64,000 bases of DNA, taken from Synergistales bacterium (GTDB lineage: Bacteria; Synergistota; Synergistia; Synergistales; JAFGMB01). Below the pieces are notes generated by a model. That model did no database searches and was not told the DNA's origin. It saw only the letters and a list, made by a program, of their open reading frames with translations. The position numbers were made by a program, and so were the translations under genes. This document shows positions 21,750 to 30,605 of the stretch, piece after piece. How positions within the stretch are numbered: position 1 is the first letter of the stretch; the number at the start of each line of letters is the position of its first letter. Location of the stretch: positions 2,400,001 through 2,464,000 of the forward strand of contig OY762654.1 in NCBI GenBank assembly GCA_963666205.1, read 5' to 3'.

Positions 21750-22133
21750 ATGAAAAACAAACTGTTATTGTTGTTAGTTGCCGTGATAATTGTATTCACT
21801 ATGATCCTTCCTGCGATGAGTGCAGAGGATCTTGTGCTTGATATCACTTCTGTGGCAAGGGCTGAAATGGCTCCGCAGGGGTATGAGTGGTTCGTAAAAC
21901 CCGGTACATATCAGGGTTTCTGAGGAGAACCACTTTCCGCTCTGGTTCGGAGCGGCATGCCTGAAAAGCCGGAACAGTTCAACCTTCTGACTGAAGAGGA
22001 TATGAAGGTCTGGGTACCCAAGGGAATGACATTCCAGAACAATCTTGTAAAGATAATAGCCCTTCCCTATAAGGGGAAAAAAGTTTTAAAGGTTTCCACT
22101 GCCCAGACCATGGAGGGTGAAGGCTGCGATTAG
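21750..22133 (+). CDS. Putative selenoprotein 2 (127 aa, Sec at codon 58), paralogue of the preceding gene, with signal peptide
   Basis: AAAGGAG RBS; MKNKLLLLLVAVIIVFTMILPAMSA leader. The frame stays open for 69 codons after TGA 21921-21923 (GEPLSALVRSGMP...VSTAQTMEGEGCD, TAG 22131-22133), immediately followed by a terminator. Confidence 0.87.
21937..21955 (+). promoter_or_regulatory. Candidate bacterial SECIS of selenoprotein 2
   Basis: Stem CCGCUCU/GGAGCGG with loop GGUUC; 20 nt separate the UGA from the loop. Confidence 0.75.
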
Positions 22134-22142
22134 TGTGTCAGT

Positions 22143-22182
22143 AATGAAAAGGGGCGGGTCTTCTGACTCGCCCCTTTTCATT
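22143..22182 (+). terminator. Intrinsic terminator closing the two-gene selenoprotein unit
   Basis: 18-bp stem AATGAAAAGGGGCGGGTC-ttct-GACTCGCCCCTTTTCATT, 9 nt after TAG 22133. Confidence 0.85.
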
Positions 22183-22272
22183 CTGATGTAACAGGAAATA
22201 TTTCTTTTCATTTTCATATAGTTGGATCCCTATTATAATGAGGCGATAATTAATTTAAAGGCGGTGTGCTGT

Positions 22273-23040
22273 TTGAAATATCTGAGAGCAAAGATCAGGG
22301 GAGAATTAGTGGAAGGTATCACCGAGGGCTTGACTAGTGTTAGAGAGATAAAGGGTAATGTTTTTTCAGATTATGAATTTTCGGGAAGAGATTTTCTTCT
22401 CTCTGATGTAGAAAAGTTTCTTATCCCTGTTAACCCTTCTAAAATAGTTGCGGTTGGTCTTAATTACAGGGCTCATGCTGAAGAAACGGGTATGAAAATA
22501 CCTGATGAACCCCTCCTTTTCCTTAAACCGCCAAGCTCTGCCATAGCTCATGGTGAGTCGATTGTCTATCCTCCACATATGACGGAAAGGGTGGATTACG
22601 AGGCCGAGCTTGGTATTGTAATTGGGAAGACATGCCGAAACGTTCTTCCGGAGAAGGCAGAAGAGTATATCCTGGGTTATACCTGTTTCAATGACGTTAC
22701 TGCCAGGGATCTTCAGAGCAGGGATGGTCAATGGACCCGGTGTAAATCCTTTGATACCTTTGCACCCTTCGGACCGTGGGTTTCCATGGGAATCGATCCA
22801 TCGAACCTGGATATCAGACTGGTACAGAACGAAAAAGTTGTCCAGCATTCATCTACTTCGGATTTCATATTCAAGGTTCCCTTTATCGTAAGTTACATTT
22901 CCAGAATAATGACCCTGAATCCGGGAGATGTTATAGCCACCGGTACTCCATCAGGGATCGGTCCCGTTTCCATAGGAGATGTTCTCAAAGTCCAGATCGA
23001 AAATATAGGGGAACTTGTAAATACAGTGATTTCACCCTGA
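22273..23040 (+). CDS. Fumarylacetoacetate hydrolase family protein
   Basis: Motifs KIVAVGLNYRAH, VDYEAEL, NDVTARDLQ, KSFDTF and ATGTPSG. TTG start at 22273 assumed. Confidence 0.92.
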   Translation: MKYLRAKIRGELVEGITEGLTSVREIKGNVFSDYEFSGRDFLLSDVEKFLIPVNPSKIVAVGLNYRAHAEETGMKIPDEPLLFLKPPSSAIAHGESIVYPPHMTERVDYEAELGIVIGKTCRNVLPEKAEEYILGYTCFNDVTARDLQSRDGQWTRCKSFDTFAPFGPWVSMGIDPSNLDIRLVQNEKVVQHSSTSDFIFKVPFIVSYISRIMTLNPGDVIATGTPSGIGPVSIGDVLKVQIENIGELVNTVISP

Positions 23041-23094
23041 TCTCGATATATTTATCACGAAAAAGGAAAGCCATAAACCAGAGGAGGGAAGGCA

Positions 23095-24993
23095 ATGAAG
23101 TCTTTGGGTGAAATTCTTCTCCGCAATTCGTCCTTTGAAGAAATAGTCATAGGCAATACAGCCATTGTAAGGGCAATGATAGAATCGGGAGTGAGGGTGG
23201 TTACAACCTATCCGGGTTCTCCAACTCCTGAAATCGCATCAGCGGTCCTTTCAATACCGCAAAAGGACCGCCCCTTCTATTTTGAATATTCAACCAACGA
23301 GAAAGTGGCAACTGAAGTGGCCTTCGGGGCTTCACTGAACGGGCATCTGACATGTGTGTTTTTCAAAAGCGTTGGCCTGAATGTTGCTGCTGACAGTTTT
23401 GTCCAGCTTGGACATATGGAACTTACGGGGGGAATGGTAATAGTACTCGGTGATGATCCGGGTGCAAATTCTTCCCAGAACGAACAGGATAACCGGCACT
23501 ATGCTCACATGACCTACACCCCCCTCTTTGAACCCGCTACACCAGCTGAAGCCTATAAAATGTTCATTGAGGCTGCCTCGATTTCGAAAAAGCGCAGAAT
23601 GCCTGTTATGGTAAGGATGACAACCCATGTCTGTCATGCTAAACAGAAAGTCCTTTTTTCACCCTGGAAGGCTGGAAAACACTGTGATATGCCCCGTTTC
23701 GATCCCGCCAATGGTCCCTACATACCCATCGCTAAGGCAGCGCTGGATATGAAAAAAAAGGCAATTGAAAAGCTCCGGAATTTTCAGGAATATGCGGAAA
23801 AATCTCCATCCAACGGCATTGATGACAATGGAAATCGGGCCAAAGGCATAATTACAGCTGGCCTTCCCTACCTTTCCATAATTGAAATCCTGGAGGATGT
23901 TTCTGAAAAACCCGATATCTTAAAACTCGGGCTGGTTCATCCCCTTCCAGGAGAAAGAATCGCCGGATTTTTAAGGGAACATGCCGAAATAATGATAATA
24001 GAGGAACTTGATGATCTTCTGGAAAGGGAGATCAAGTCCATAGCATATGAAAAAGGTATAAATACAAGGATCATAGGGAAAACATGTGATGAGGACTGGA
24101 TAGGAGAATATACTCCCGACAGGGTTGCTCCCATTATGGACCGTGTCTGGCCTGCAATGGGCATTTCTGTTGAAGATGTGTCCCATATCCCACTTGCTCC
24201 CAGACCTCCCCAGATGTGCCCCGGATGCGGCCATCGATCTGCCTTTCATGCCATAAAACAGGCCCTTTCGGAAAAAGATATAACTGTAGCTGATATAGGT
24301 TGTCATACCCTGGGTTTCCTCCCGCCATATAATATGGGACAGGTTCTGCTCAGTATGGGGCATTCAACGGGAACTGCATCAGGATTGTCTCTTTTCAATG
24401 ACCAGAGGAGGGTTGTCGCTTTTCTTGGCGATTCCACCCTCTTCCATGCAGGTATCCCTGGCATAATCAATGCCGTTTTCAACAGTCACAACCTGACCCT
24501 TGTCATAATGGAGAACGGTACTACAGCCATGACAGGGCATCAGAACCATCCTGGTTCCGGCGCAAATGCAAGGGGTCCAGTCATGGCCATATCCATTGAC
24601 CGGATGCTGGAGGGGCTTGGTGTTACAAGCATCAGAAGGATCGATACTTATAGCCAGGGAAAACTTACCAGTATGATTGAGGAAGCCTTGGCAGAAAAGG
24701 GTTTCAGCGTGGTCATAGCATCCCATCCATGTATGCTCAAGTTCACCAGGGAACAGCGCAGAAAACCGGGTTTTATCAAGAAAACTGTAGAGATCGACCA
24801 GGATAAATGTACCCTTGCCCGAAGCTGTGTTGCTGAGTTTGCATGCCCATCCTTTCAGAGATTGGACGATGGAACGATAAGGGTGAATCCCGAACTCTGT
24901 ATCGGTGATGCTTCGTGTATCCAGACCTGTCCGTCAAAGGCCATCGGGCTGAAAAAGCCTTCTGTTTCGCGAGAAGAGGGTGATACCGAATGA
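23095..24993 (+). CDS. iorA: Indolepyruvate:ferredoxin oxidoreductase alpha subunit
   Basis: Motifs YPGSPTPEI, STNEKVATE, GDDPGANSSQNEQD, CPGCGHR and GDSTLFH; C-terminal ferredoxin domain. Confidence 0.92.
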   Translation: MKSLGEILLRNSSFEEIVIGNTAIVRAMIESGVRVVTTYPGSPTPEIASAVLSIPQKDRPFYFEYSTNEKVATEVAFGASLNGHLTCVFFKSVGLNVAADSFVQLGHMELTGGMVIVLGDDPGANSSQNEQDNRHYAHMTYTPLFEPATPAEAYKMFIEAASISKKRRMPVMVRMTTHVCHAKQKVLFSPWKAGKHCDMPRFDPANGPYIPIAKAALDMKKKAIEKLRNFQEYAEKSPSNGIDDNGNRAKGIITAGLPYLSIIEILEDVSEKPDILKLGLVHPLPGERIAGFLREHAEIMIIEELDDLLEREIKSIAYEKGINTRIIGKTCDEDWIGEYTPDRVAPIMDRVWPAMGISVEDVSHIPLAPRPPQMCPGCGHRSAFHAIKQALSEKDITVADIGCHTLGFLPPYNMGQVLLSMGHSTGTASGLSLFNDQRRVVAFLGDSTLFHAGIPGIINAVFNSHNLTLVIMENGTTAMTGHQNHPGSGANARGPVMAISIDRMLEGLGVTSIRRIDTYSQGKLTSMIEEALAEKGFSVVIASHPCMLKFTREQRRKPGFIKKTVEIDQDKCTLARSCVAEFACPSFQRLDDGTIRVNPELCIGDASCIQTCPSKAIGLKKPSVSREEGDTE

Positions 24994-25565
24994 AAAGATT
25001 TGACATATACCTCACAGGAGTGGGAGGGCAGGGAATAGGCCTGCTGAGTGAAACTATTCTCAGGGCGGCTGATCACGGGAATATACCTGTCAGCGGAGTG
25101 GATACCCATGGTCTTGCGCAGAGAGGCGGCATGGTAGTATCCCATGTCCGCCTGGGAAGGACAATGACAACCCCTCTAATAAGAAGGGGCAGGGCTGATC
25201 TTGTCGTAGCCCTGGAAAGGACTGAGGCGTACCGGGCTCTTTACAGTCACGCAAAACCTGGAGGAACGCTGGTATATTACGATACCAGCTGGCAGACCCT
25301 GAGTGCCCGTCTGGGGAGAGAAGATGAGGTATCCAATTCTCTTCTTGAAAGGGAATGTCTGAAAAGAAAAGTGAACCTTCACGGGGTAAGGATTGACGAT
25401 CTTGAAGATTACAGGATGCAGAATATGGTCCTTCTGGGTAAAATAGCATCCCTTTCGCTTATTCCATACCTGGATAAGGAACATTATGTCGAAGCCATGA
25501 ATGACCTCATGACAGGTACAATCCTTGAAAAAAATCTGGAAGTTTTTCGAAAAATAGCCGGCTAA
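24990..25565 (+). CDS. iorB: Indolepyruvate:ferredoxin oxidoreductase beta subunit
   Basis: Motifs GVGGQG and HGLAQRGG; 4-nt overlap with iorA. Confidence 0.9.
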   Translation: MKRFDIYLTGVGGQGIGLLSETILRAADHGNIPVSGVDTHGLAQRGGMVVSHVRLGRTMTTPLIRRGRADLVVALERTEAYRALYSHAKPGGTLVYYDTSWQTLSARLGREDEVSNSLLERECLKRKVNLHGVRIDDLEDYRMQNMVLLGKIASLSLIPYLDKEHYVEAMNDLMTGTILEKNLEVFRKIAG

Positions 25566-25588
25566 AGATCTCGATTGATCTGATCCGG

Positions 25589-25611
25589 GGCGGTCTTCGG
25601 GCCGCCTTTTT
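25589..25611 (+). terminator. Intrinsic terminator after iorB
   Basis: GGCGGTC-TTCG-GGCCGCC followed by TTTTT. Confidence 0.8.
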
Positions 25612-25713
25612 CATGCCTGGGAGGTTGAGTCTGTTCTTACACTTTGCCTTTTTTCTGAATTTAGGGTAACATTCCCCAAACAGTAACCACAACCTTTGTA
25701 ACGGGGTGATCCT

Positions 25714-26340
25714 TTGATAAAAGCAGTACTTTTTGATTTCGATATGACCCTTGTAGACAGCAGTTTTGCCATCACTGAAGCAATGAACGCCATTGCAGAG
25801 GGGGAGGGCTTGCGGTTTCTCTCCAGGGAAGAGGTCCTTTCAGTGATAGGGCTGCCCATACATGAGTCATGGGAGAGGCTCTGGGGGCGTTTTGATCCAT
25901 CATGGGTAGACAGCTACAGAGCAACCTTCAGGGAGAAGGAGTATGCCGGGATCATACCCTTTCCCAACACCCTGTCCTTTCTTGAGCACCTTATGGAGAG
26001 GGAAATAGTTATGGGTGTCGCTTCAAACCGTTCAAAAGTGAGTGATGCAGTTGAAGCTGTGGGATTATCTCAATATTTCCGCTGTACCCTGGGAATCCTG
26101 GATGTGGATAAGGCCAAGCCCGAACCGGATATGATCCTTAAGGGAATGGAGATGCTTAATGTTTCTCCCGAAGAGACCATATATGTTGGTGACACTGAAG
26201 CCGATATGATATCCGCGAAGTCAGCAAATGTACGTGGAGTTGGAATGACCACAGGGAATTTTGACCATAGAGCGCTGACCAGTGCAGGGGCCTGGAAAAC
26301 CTTTTCAGACCTGGAGGAGGTACTGACCCTTTTTGAGTGA
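25714..26340 (+). CDS. HAD family hydrolase (phosphoglycolate phosphatase-like)
   Basis: Motifs FDFDMTLVDS, KPEPD and YVGD...D. Confidence 0.9.
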   Translation: MIKAVLFDFDMTLVDSSFAITEAMNAIAEGEGLRFLSREEVLSVIGLPIHESWERLWGRFDPSWVDSYRATFREKEYAGIIPFPNTLSFLEHLMEREIVMGVASNRSKVSDAVEAVGLSQYFRCTLGILDVDKAKPEPDMILKGMEMLNVSPEETIYVGDTEADMISAKSANVRGVGMTTGNFDHRALTSAGAWKTFSDLEEVLTLFE

Positions 26341-26370
26341 TCTTTCTGCGGTGGAAAACGGGGTTTTTAC

Positions 26371-26405
26371 AAGAGGGGAGTCCTTACAGGGCTGTCCTCT
26401 TTTTT
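26371..26405 (+). terminator. Intrinsic terminator after the HAD gene
   Basis: Imperfect stem AAGAGGGGAGTCCT-tac-AGGGCTGTCCTCTT followed by a T-run. Confidence 0.65.
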
Positions 26406-26549
26406 GTTATTCACACTGATATAGATTTTACACCTTACCATGGCATAGTTTTATGGGATAATAAAAAACAACAGAGCGGAGAAAACTCTTTCTGATCCTT
26501 AAAGCGGATCTGAGGGAAGATCTTTTTAGAAAGGAGAGATATTATCCTG

Positions 26550-27029
26550 ATGTCCATGAAGATGATCCTCAAGCTCCTTGCAAGTCTGTTTCTTTGTCTT
26601 GGGGCAGGCTGGGCAGGTTCCGTTTTTACTCGAGATGCGGTTATTAACTGGTATCCTGAACTTCTCAAACCTGCTTTCAACCCTCCTGCCTGGGTCTTTG
26701 CTCCCGTCTGGACTGTTCTCTATTTACTTATGGGTATAGCTCTTTTTCTTGTGTGGAAAAAGGGGTTTTCCACATTTGGTGTCTCCACTGCGGTTACAGT
26801 CTTTCTTATCCAACTCGTTTTCAATGTAGCATGGTCCGTGGTCTTTTTTGGTCTTCACTCCATACTCGGAGGTCTCGGGGTTATTGCCTTTCTATGGCTT
26901 CTAATAGTCCTGACCATATATGTTTTTGCACCTGTATCAGTTATGGCGGCATGGCTTCTCGTGCCCTATCTTATCTGGGTTTCCTTTGCTTCGTTTCTCA
27001 ATCTTTCCCTGTGGTTTCTTAATGGATGA
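26550..27029 (+). CDS. tspO: TspO/MBR family tryptophan-rich sensory protein
   Basis: Motifs WYPELLKPAFNPPAWVFAPVWTVLY, WSVVFFG and LLVPYLIWVSFA. Confidence 0.92.
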   Translation: MSMKMILKLLASLFLCLGAGWAGSVFTRDAVINWYPELLKPAFNPPAWVFAPVWTVLYLLMGIALFLVWKKGFSTFGVSTAVTVFLIQLVFNVAWSVVFFGLHSILGGLGVIAFLWLLIVLTIYVFAPVSVMAAWLLVPYLIWVSFASFLNLSLWFLNG

Positions 27030-27150
27030 GGGAATGGACCTTTTGAAATGGTAATACCATATCTGGTATACTTTTTGACCTGAAGACAGACCTGAACATT
27101 ATGTCACTTCAGATGGTAACAAAAGAAGATACATCGATTGGAGTGGTTTT

Positions 27151-28983
27151 ATGAAATCCGGTAACAAAGAGCCTAACAGGCTCATAAACGAAAGATCCCC
27201 CTACCTCCTGCAGCATGCCCATAATCCGGTGGACTGGTACCCATGGGGAAAAGAAGCATTTCAGAAGGCCAGGGAGGAAGATAAACCGGTTTTTCTATCC
27301 ATAGGTTATTCTACATGTCACTGGTGCCATGTCATGGAAAGAGAATGTTTTGACCACCCTGAAGTAGCAGAACTTATGAACGATGTCTGTGTCTGTATCA
27401 AGGTGGACAGGGAGGAAAGGCCTGACCTGGATGGGAATTTTATGGCAGTCAGCCAGGTCATGAACAACAGCGGGGGCTGGCCCCTTAATGTTTTTCTGAC
27501 ACCCGATGGAAGACCTTTTTTTGCAGGAACGTACATACCAAGGGAAAGGAAAGGGCAAATACCAGGTATGATGGATATCTTTCCAAGGGTCAAATGGCTC
27601 TGGTCTACCCAGAGGGAACAGATCCTCCAGTCTGCCGAAGGCCTTGTGGAATCTCTCAAAAAGGGTTCTTCCCTGGAGCCCGGAGATATGCCTGATCGTG
27701 TAGTTATAGATAGCTGTTTTAAGGAACTGGAGAAAAATTTTGATGAAGAATGGGGAGGGTTCTTTTCTGCACCTAAATTCCCCATGCCTGGTATTCTCCT
27801 GTTCCTGCTTCAGTACTGGCAGAACTATGGTGATGTGAGATCCCTTGAAATGGTTGAAAAAACCTTAACCAGAATGAGCCTGGGAGGTATATATGATCAT
27901 CTGGGCGGCGGATTTCACCGGTATTCTACAGATGAAAAGTGGTTCCTGCCTCATTTTGAGAAGATGTTATATGACCAGGCTCTTCTCATGGTGATCTATA
28001 CCAGGGCCTTTGCAGTTACAGGAGACCCCCTTTTCAAAAGGACTCTGGAAGATATAGCCGGTTATGTATTGTCCGATATGACATCTCCAGAAGGTCCTTT
28101 TTACTCGGCTGAAGATGCCGATAGTGAAGGAGTAGAGGGGAAATTTTATACCTGGGAACAGGGTGAAGTAATCAGTGCTTTAGGGGAAGAGGGGGAGTTT
28201 TTTCTCGAAATATACAACGTCGAAAAGGGCGGGAATTTCGATGAAGAGAGCTCTGGTAAAAAAACGGGTTCCAATATCCTGTTCAGGGAGAAAAGATTTA
28301 CAGAAATAGCCACTCAGAAAAATATCCACGAAGAGGAGATCTGTAATCTTATTGACCGTAACAGGGCAGATCTTCTTAAAGTCCGTAATGAAAGGGTAAG
28401 ACCCTTTAAAGACGACAAGATCCTCACGGACTGGAACGGACTGATGATAGCCGCTTTTGCATATGCTGGAAGGATATTGGGTAATATCGATTATATTAAC
28501 AGGGCTGAGAAGGCTCTTGACTTCTTCCTGCGAAAAATGAAAACTCCCGAGGGCAAACTTTTTCATAGGTATAGGGATGGAGAAGCTGCTGTTGAAGCCT
28601 TTCTTGATGACTACGTTTTTATGGTCTGGGGAATAAATGAAATATTCAAGGCTACCCGGAAGGAAGAACTCCTTCTTGAGTCCTTAAAGTTTATGGATAC
28701 CATGACCGTTCTTTTCTGGGATAACGAAAAAGGAGGTTTCTATGCTACTTCCGAAGGCTCTGAGGACCTGTTCTTCAGGAGGAAAGAAGCCTATGACGGG
28801 GCTATTCTTTCAGCCAATTCCGTAGCCATGGATAATTTCATTGAACTGGCAAAGCTTACAGGTAAAAATGAATTTACAGAGATGGCCAGGGTCATAGCGA
28901 GAGCCTTTGGACAGCAGGTAAGGCTCCTGCCTTCCTCCCATTCTTATCTGCTTGCCTCGGTGATGAAAATGGAGCATATCTAA
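27151..28983 (+). CDS. YyaL/SSP411-family thioredoxin-domain protein (DUF255 plus six-hairpin domain)
   Basis: Motifs [48 protein letters not shown] and DDKILTDWN. Confidence 0.92.
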   Translation: MKSGNKEPNRLINERSPYLLQHAHNPVDWYPWGKEAFQKAREEDKPVFLSIGYSTCHWCHVMERECFDHPEVAELMNDVCVCIKVDREERPDLDGNFMAVSQVMNNSGGWPLNVFLTPDGRPFFAGTYIPRERKGQIPGMMDIFPRVKWLWSTQREQILQSAEGLVESLKKGSSLEPGDMPDRVVIDSCFKELEKNFDEEWGGFFSAPKFPMPGILLFLLQYWQNYGDVRSLEMVEKTLTRMSLGGIYDHLGGGFHRYSTDEKWFLPHFEKMLYDQALLMVIYTRAFAVTGDPLFKRTLEDIAGYVLSDMTSPEGPFYSAEDADSEGVEGKFYTWEQGEVISALGEEGEFFLEIYNVEKGGNFDEESSGKKTGSNILFREKRFTEIATQKNIHEEEICNLIDRNRADLLKVRNERVRPFKDDKILTDWNGLMIAAFAYAGRILGNIDYINRAEKALDFFLRKMKTPEGKLFHRYRDGEAAVEAFLDDYVFMVWGINEIFKATRKEELLLESLKFMDTMTVLFWDNEKGGFYATSEGSEDLFFRRKEAYDGAILSANSVAMDNFIELAKLTGKNEFTEMARVIARAFGQQVRLLPSSHSYLLASVMKMEHI

Positions 28984-29609
28984 AGAGACCGGCTTCCGCC
29001 TGTCTCTTTTTTCTCCTTCTTTTTATGAAAAATAAAGTATGTTCCTCCAAGGGCAAAACAGAAAAGGATCAGGATAATGGTTAACCTGTGAAGGTATATG
29101 TTTAAAAGGCTTTCACTGGAACCTACGGCGTAACCCAGAACTGCCAGGATCAGGACCCAGATCCCTGAACCCAGGGCTGTGAAAATGGTGAATTGAATAA
29201 GGTTCATCCGGGCAACACCGGCTGGTAGTGATATATACTGTCTTATGCCAGGAAGGAGTCTCCCGATCAGGGTGCTTATATGCCCGTGTTTCTGAAAATA
29301 TTCCTCAGCCTTGTCAAGGGTGCGGGTTGAAACAAGAAAATATTTTCCATACCTGTTGAAAAAGGGTCTACCGACCTTCAGGGATATCCAGTAATTGAAA
29401 AGGGCGCCCAGAAGGCTTCCAAGGATACCCGCAATGATTACGAGAAAAATATTCATCTGTCCTTTGGAAGCCAGGTATCCGGCAGGGGGAATGACCACTT
29501 CGCTCGGAAAGGGAAAGAAGGATGACTCAAGGAACATCAGGCAGACAATACCCGTATATCCCAACTGACCAATTGTGTTGACAAGCCACGAAACAAGTGT
29601 TGAAAGCAT
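28980..29609 (-). CDS. DedA family membrane protein
   Basis: Motifs [13 protein letters not shown] and [16 protein letters not shown]. Confidence 0.92.
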   Translation of the reverse strand: MLSTLVSWLVNTIGQLGYTGIVCLMFLESSFFPFPSEVVIPPAGYLASKGQMNIFLVIIAGILGSLLGALFNYWISLKVGRPFFNRYGKYFLVSTRTLDKAEEYFQKHGHISTLIGRLLPGIRQYISLPAGVARMNLIQFTIFTALGSGIWVLILAVLGYAVGSSESLLNIYLHRLTIILILFCFALGGTYFIFHKKKEKKETGGSRSL

Positions 29610-29685
29610 TATTTTCTCCTAAAATCCCTATCTATAGGGGCGGGCCAGATAATTTTAACATGGCATCTTTGCTTTTAGACTGTCT

Positions 29686-30516
29686 CTACCATTTTTCAAC
29701 GCTTTCCGCCAGATCAAGAGCAACACTTACCCAGCGTCTCATCTCCCTGAAATTATTTCCTCTGAAAACAACTGTTCTTCCATCTTTTCTCATACAATCC
29801 GGGATGACAGCGACAGCATCGCACTGGCTTGAAAGCTGAAAGGATATTTCCAGTTCATAGGGAAGGTCCGGTTTAAAGAAGGGCTGATTTCCCTCATGAA
29901 ACAACTTCACAGCTTCCATGGCGCCAAGTCTTATTTTTTCCCATGTTTCTTCAGGAGAGAGAAGGTTACCGCAGAACTGTCCTCTTCCTGTCTTGACAAA
30001 GGCTGTTATAACCTTTTTTCCAAGAAATTCCTCCGCCTCTGTACAAAGGGCACGATCCCCCGTAGCAAATATAACAGGAACACCGAAATCAGAGCAGAGA
30101 GCAGCATTAAGTCCCAGCTCACCGCATTTCCTGCCATTTAACTTTATGCTGTGGGCAGAAATATCTACAGTGTGGTCCAGCATAGCCCCGGCAGTACCAG
30201 CCATGGCATGATAGCCTATAAAAAAAGCAGCATCGCATCCTGACACTCCTTCCATCATTCCAAGTTCTTTAGGTGATCCGCTTATAAGCTCCATACCCCT
30301 GGGAATTGATCTGACGTCCAGGTTTATCATCCTTGAATGTGCATCATTGATCATTATTTCTGTAACCCCGGCATCTTTTGCTCCCGCAACAGCTGCCAGC
30401 AGATCATGTTCCTGCATTTTTCGGCCGAAGCTGTACTCAGGAGAACCTGCCTTAACCTGAGATGGATTGACTATCCCTGTGGCTCCCTCCATATCAACGC
30501 TCATATAAAGTTTCAA
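29686..30516 (-). CDS. M55 family D-aminopeptidase (DppA-like)
   Basis: Motifs YMSVDMEG, NDAH, GYHAMAG and DHT. TTG start after GGAGG. Confidence 0.9.
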   Translation of the reverse strand: MKLYMSVDMEGATGIVNPSQVKAGSPEYSFGRKMQEHDLLAAVAGAKDAGVTEIMINDAHSRMINLDVRSIPRGMELISGSPKELGMMEGVSGCDAAFFIGYHAMAGTAGAMLDHTVDISAHSIKLNGRKCGELGLNAALCSDFGVPVIFATGDRALCTEAEEFLGKKVITAFVKTGRGQFCGNLLSPEETWEKIRLGAMEAVKLFHEGNQPFFKPDLPYELEISFQLSSQCDAVAVIPDCMRKDGRTVVFRGNNFREMRRWVSVALDLAESVEKW

Positions 30517-30605
30517 AACGCAACCCTCCATATTGATTCTGAATTTCCGATCAGCAAGTATCGATCCGGAGATGCGACATTAGGTAGAACAGCGATCAGG
30601 AGTTT

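Noticed and set aside
21245-21923. Reading the two short ORFs as pseudogenes, as independent small peptides, or as evidence for a genome-wide UGA reassignment
   Set aside because: Independent nonsense mutations at the same aligned codon, each with a conserved hairpin, are implausible. Many ordinary genes here (gyrB, yitT, iorA, HAD) end normally at TGA, so the genetic code is standard.
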